Shown here: piece after piece, positions 61,190 through 64,000 of the stretch
How positions within the stretch are numbered: position 1 is the first letter of the stretch
Layout: each line of letters opens with the position of its first letter
Assembly (NCBI GenBank): GCA_965222605.1
Contig: OZ244960.1
Span: 5,408,001-5,472,000 of the forward strand
Source of the DNA: Candidatus Latescibacterota bacterium
Lineage (GTDB): Bacteria > Latescibacterota > UBA2968
Length of the DNA stretch: 64,000 bases
Direction of reading: 5' to 3'
Position numbers and translations under genes: made by a program
Notes under the pieces: generated by a model
What the model saw: the letters and a program-made list of their open reading frames with translations, nothing else
The model's database searches: none
What the model was told of the DNA's origin: nothing

Positions 61190-61231
61190 GTTTTGGTGGG
61201 TACCTTATGAATAGTTAGAAAGGAGGGTGAA

Positions 61232-61708
61232 ATGTCACAGAAATTTAAGATGGGGGTTATTTTTCTTTTATTGGCGTCGTTATTGGGGGTGAATGCTGGA
61301 TGTTTTGGCCTTTTCCGAAAGAGGTATCAGGAGTTAAGTCTTAACTCTGTTCCTACGGGCGCGGATGTTTATAGGACGGCCCCTTATATAGGCTATGTAT
61401 GGGTTGGCAAAACACCTATTACTTTGACTTTGGACCGAAAGGATAAAACTTATGTTTATGTAACGTTAAAACATGTTGGGTATAAAGACTATGTGCTTAC
61501 TATAAAGCACTCTCAAAGTGGAGAGGGTTCTGAAAAAGATAAATTTAGTAATTGGGTTGATACTGGCGGCTCTGGTGACCCGCTCGACGCTCTTGTCGTA
61601 TTAATTGGAGCCGTGGGTTATCTTGTGTATAAGGCGGGGGAAAGCACAGGTAATAGTTTGAAAAAAAGTTTCACTATACAGATGGAAAAATTAGACGTTG
61701 ATTCTTGA
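61232..61708 (+). CDS. Putative lipoprotein with PEGA-like domain
   Basis: AGGAGG RBS; lipobox-like NAGC; SVPTGADVY...GKTPI...GYKD; AT-rich. Confidence 0.7.
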   Translation: MSQKFKMGVIFLLLASLLGVNAGCFGLFRKRYQELSLNSVPTGADVYRTAPYIGYVWVGKTPITLTLDRKDKTYVYVTLKHVGYKDYVLTIKHSQSGEGSEKDKFSNWVDTGGSGDPLDALVVLIGAVGYLVYKAGESTGNSLKKSFTIQMEKLDVDS

Positions 61709-61721
61709 ACGTCCACGGAAC

Positions 61722-62180
61722 TGGAGTTGCCCCGCTTCAGATGCTGTTGCCGAATTGGTCGAGAGGGAGGTCAGCAGTTGTAAAAACGGCTGTTTGTGGC
61801 CTGAATACAAGCTCTGTATGGACAGAATTCGGAATTCGGCAACAGCATCGCTTCAGTGGAGTATTTAGGGCTTGGGTTTCAAGCCTGTGATTGATGCAGC
61901 TTGCCGTATAGAATCATTACGGCACATGCTTCGTAAGCCATCGGCGCGTGATAGGCGATGGAAGAATGCCTGCGATGCAGATTATACCACCCTTCAGTGT
62001 CAGTTCACATTCAAGGGTGGTGAAGAAACTTGCGCACATCACGTTGTCATAGCAGTCTCCCGCACTCCCATTGAAGGACGCACGCCAGCTTCACGATAAC
62101 GCTTTCCAAATGTGAGGGATATATACGGATTGACTCGGAATACCGCGACACTTCCAGAATGGTGCTCATCTGAACACCAT
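61722..62180 (-). mobile_element. Degenerate IS3-family right end
   Basis: Frameshifted OrfB pieces FGKRYREAGVRPSMG, DCYDNVMCASFFTTLECEL, EGWYNLHRRHSSIAY; terminal IR TGGAGTTGCCCCGCTTCAGTGGA once the MITE is removed. Confidence 0.75.
61740..61849. mobile_element. 110-bp MITE of the IS1182-like family
   Basis: Same 17-bp TIRs; target duplication GCTTCA at 61734-61739 and 61850-61855; interior homologous to 60460-60555 in inverted orientation. Confidence 0.88.
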
Positions 62181-62440
62181 CACCATAAATACCTTCCAAA
62201 ATGCCCTGTGTTTTTCAGGGCTTTTTTTGTGTAATCTCCCTAATAGTCCAATTATTTAATTCTAATCAAACTGTTTCATTTGAAACACTTTTCCGCATGT
62301 CCATTTTTGGGCATTTTTTAAAAACACGCTCTCCTGCAAGCAGTTACGGGATTTTTGAAAATTTTGGCACGATTTTTGCACTATATAAAGGGCACGAGAT
62401 CAAAATTTTCAGTTCCAAACCCGCACAGGAGGGCATTCCC

Positions 62441-63079
62441 ATGGTTCACCAGTCACTCGTAACCCGTCCAGCAGTACCATCCCGTACAGCCCCACCAGAA
62501 ACCCATCCTAAACCCGATGTCCTCGATGTCTTCGGATCCAGAGACAATGCGATTTGGGCGCACTTTCAGCGCGTTCTCGGTCTCTCTGCGCCAGCGATGA
62601 TTGCCATTTTCGCGCTCTATGCGACGCTCGTGGATATGGCACTGGGATTCATGCTCGAGGCTCTGCCGTTTTATTCGATTGCCGATGATCCCGCGGCTAA
62701 AGCCATCGACCCGAGGGCGATGATTGCCGACAACGGATTTTGGATAACGTTCATCGCGGCAATCTTCCTGGCACCGCTTCTCGAGACGTTGATGAACCAG
62801 TGGTTCCCGATCTGGCTTGCTATGAAGGTGACACACAGGCCCGTTGTTGCGGTCTGGTTTTCGACCGTGCTCTTTGGCGTCTTTCATCTGCATGCCGGGG
62901 TGTACGGGTTTGTGGCGACCGTTGGTGCTGGCTTCTTCCTGGCGGTTGCATTTCTGCACGCGCGTCAGTTTGGCCGCAAGCGCGCGTATTGGACGACCGC
63001 AGCGATTCACGCAGGTGTCAACGGCATTGCGCTGACGGTGGCTTTGATCCTCATCCGCCTGGGGATACAAGGACCGTGA
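62441..63079 (+). CDS. CPBP (Abi/CAAX) family intramembrane metalloprotease
   Basis: AGGAGG RBS; APLLET, FGVFH, IHAGVN motifs; multiple TMs. Confidence 0.78.
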   Translation: MVHQSLVTRPAVPSRTAPPETHPKPDVLDVFGSRDNAIWAHFQRVLGLSAPAMIAIFALYATLVDMALGFMLEALPFYSIADDPAAKAIDPRAMIADNGFWITFIAAIFLAPLLETLMNQWFPIWLAMKVTHRPVVAVWFSTVLFGVFHLHAGVYGFVATVGAGFFLAVAFLHARQFGRKRAYWTTAAIHAGVNGIALTVALILIRLGIQGP

Positions 63080-63296
63080 AGATATCCGGTTTATCGGGAT
63101 TTCAGGCAGAAAAAGATATAGACATAATACGAATTATGTCAGGAACACTTCCCAAAACGCCTACATTATACGCCAAAATGCCATTGCAAACCCCTGTTTT
63201 TTCGAGTAAATTGCAAATAGGCATTTATCATTATATGCAAAAAACGGATGGGCGATTCGCCCGGTTCGACAGCGCATTTTAGGAAATACTCAGGCT

Positions 63297-63366
63297 ATGA
63301 ATGCGAAAGAACAAAAAATAACAGAATCGCTTTGGGGTGAGATCGCAAACAAAATTGTTGAACACT
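63297..63366 (+). pseudogene. Truncated copy of the MNT 5' end
   Basis: MNAKEQKITESLWGEIANKIVEH matches 57413-57482. Confidence 0.8.
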
Positions 63367-63369
63367 GCA

Positions 63370-63530
63370 TTGCGAGCGCATCTGTTCTACCAGCCGTATT
63401 CACCTGAGCAAATTCCGCAGACAGTGTCTGCAGAATCTGAATCCAGCGAAATTTTCCAAACAGTGTCTGGAGAATTTGATCAATCCCCTCAACAACCGAT
63501 TTGCCAGACGCTGTCTGGCAAAAAGAAAAC
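63370..63530 (+). pseudogene. DUF1016 (YhcG)-like fragment
   Basis: LFYQPYSPEQIPQTVSAES...QTVSGEF...QTLSGK; the repeated QTxS units are typical of the DUF1016 linker. Confidence 0.5.
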
Positions 63531-63559
63531 GGGTAAAGAATATTACGCGATGTGTGACT

Positions 63560-64000
63560 TCAAAATTTTACGAGACCGTCAAAATCCAGCGGGTCTCTGT
63601 AATTGATAATATTGAGAAAGACACACATGGTATGGGTTAAGATTTTGGTATGCCACAGGTTCAATAAGTGCCATGCATCTCGCACTTTCATGCGGGCAAT
63701 ATGTAAACGTTCTGTCAATTGTGCATAAACGGTTTCGACTAATCGCCTTGTGGCTTTCTTCGCTTTGGGCAAAATGAAAGGGGTGCGTTCAGGATTTTCT
63801 TTCATATTGGACTTTAAGGGTGTCTTTATGCGTATGCGGTAGGTATCAAAACACCTTTTTTGCCAGTCCAAGTCCATAAATGCCGCATCTGCCAAGACGG
63901 TTGTCTCTCCCATCGTACCATTCAGGAGTGCGTCTCGGCAGTTCTTGTCGTGTCCATACGCTTGCAGGATCGGCGCGTGGACAATAAGACCATAATCCGT
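63560..64000 (-). mobile_element. IS982-family transposase, 3' part (runs off window end)
   Basis: Frame open to the window edge; LADAAF, TPLKSNMK, RRLVETVYAQL, KILTHT. Confidence 0.82.

Noticed and set aside
60425-61220. attC site upstream of the lipoprotein (palindrome plus GTTAGAA after removing the IS)
   Set aside because: No proper RYYYAAC inverse core; the palindromic part is better explained as an IS3-type terminal repeat.
63390-63525. Short CAGACAGTGTCTG-like repeats as a regulatory or CRISPR-like array
   Set aside because: They are in-frame QTxS peptide repeats of a DUF1016-like fragment.

Overview
Bacterial accessory region with no core housekeeping operons; katG is the only gene named with confidence. 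The content (five sulfatases or their remnants, PhyH-family dioxygenases, a DUF1552/DUF1592 pair, DUF4838, LamG, sugar TIM barrels) resembles marine sulfatase-rich lineages such as PVC, Latescibacterota or Poribacteria; this is inference only. The window is strongly mosaic: intact genes of visibly different base composition alternate with many short gene fragments, clean internal deletions and in-frame chimeras. Main observations: (1) a 105-nt tRNA-Sec-like gene at 14373-14477 (-) that folds 8/4 (allo-tRNA-like), with G3.U70, G73, a long variable arm and an irregular CUUCCAAA anticodon loop, plus a truncated second copy with compensatory changes; (2) a 14-33 kb scaffold of six short modules recurring four times in the same order with different cargo between them; (3) integron attC-like sites, two complete 83-bp copies with different downstream neighbours and several half-sites, with no integrase in the window; (4) several antitoxins kept intact next to deleted PIN toxins; (5) an IS cluster at 53-64 kb (IS66, IS3, IS982, IS1182-like) in which two IS1182-type elements sit at the same position inside IS3-type terminal repeats. 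All calls come from reading the sequence; no searches were run.
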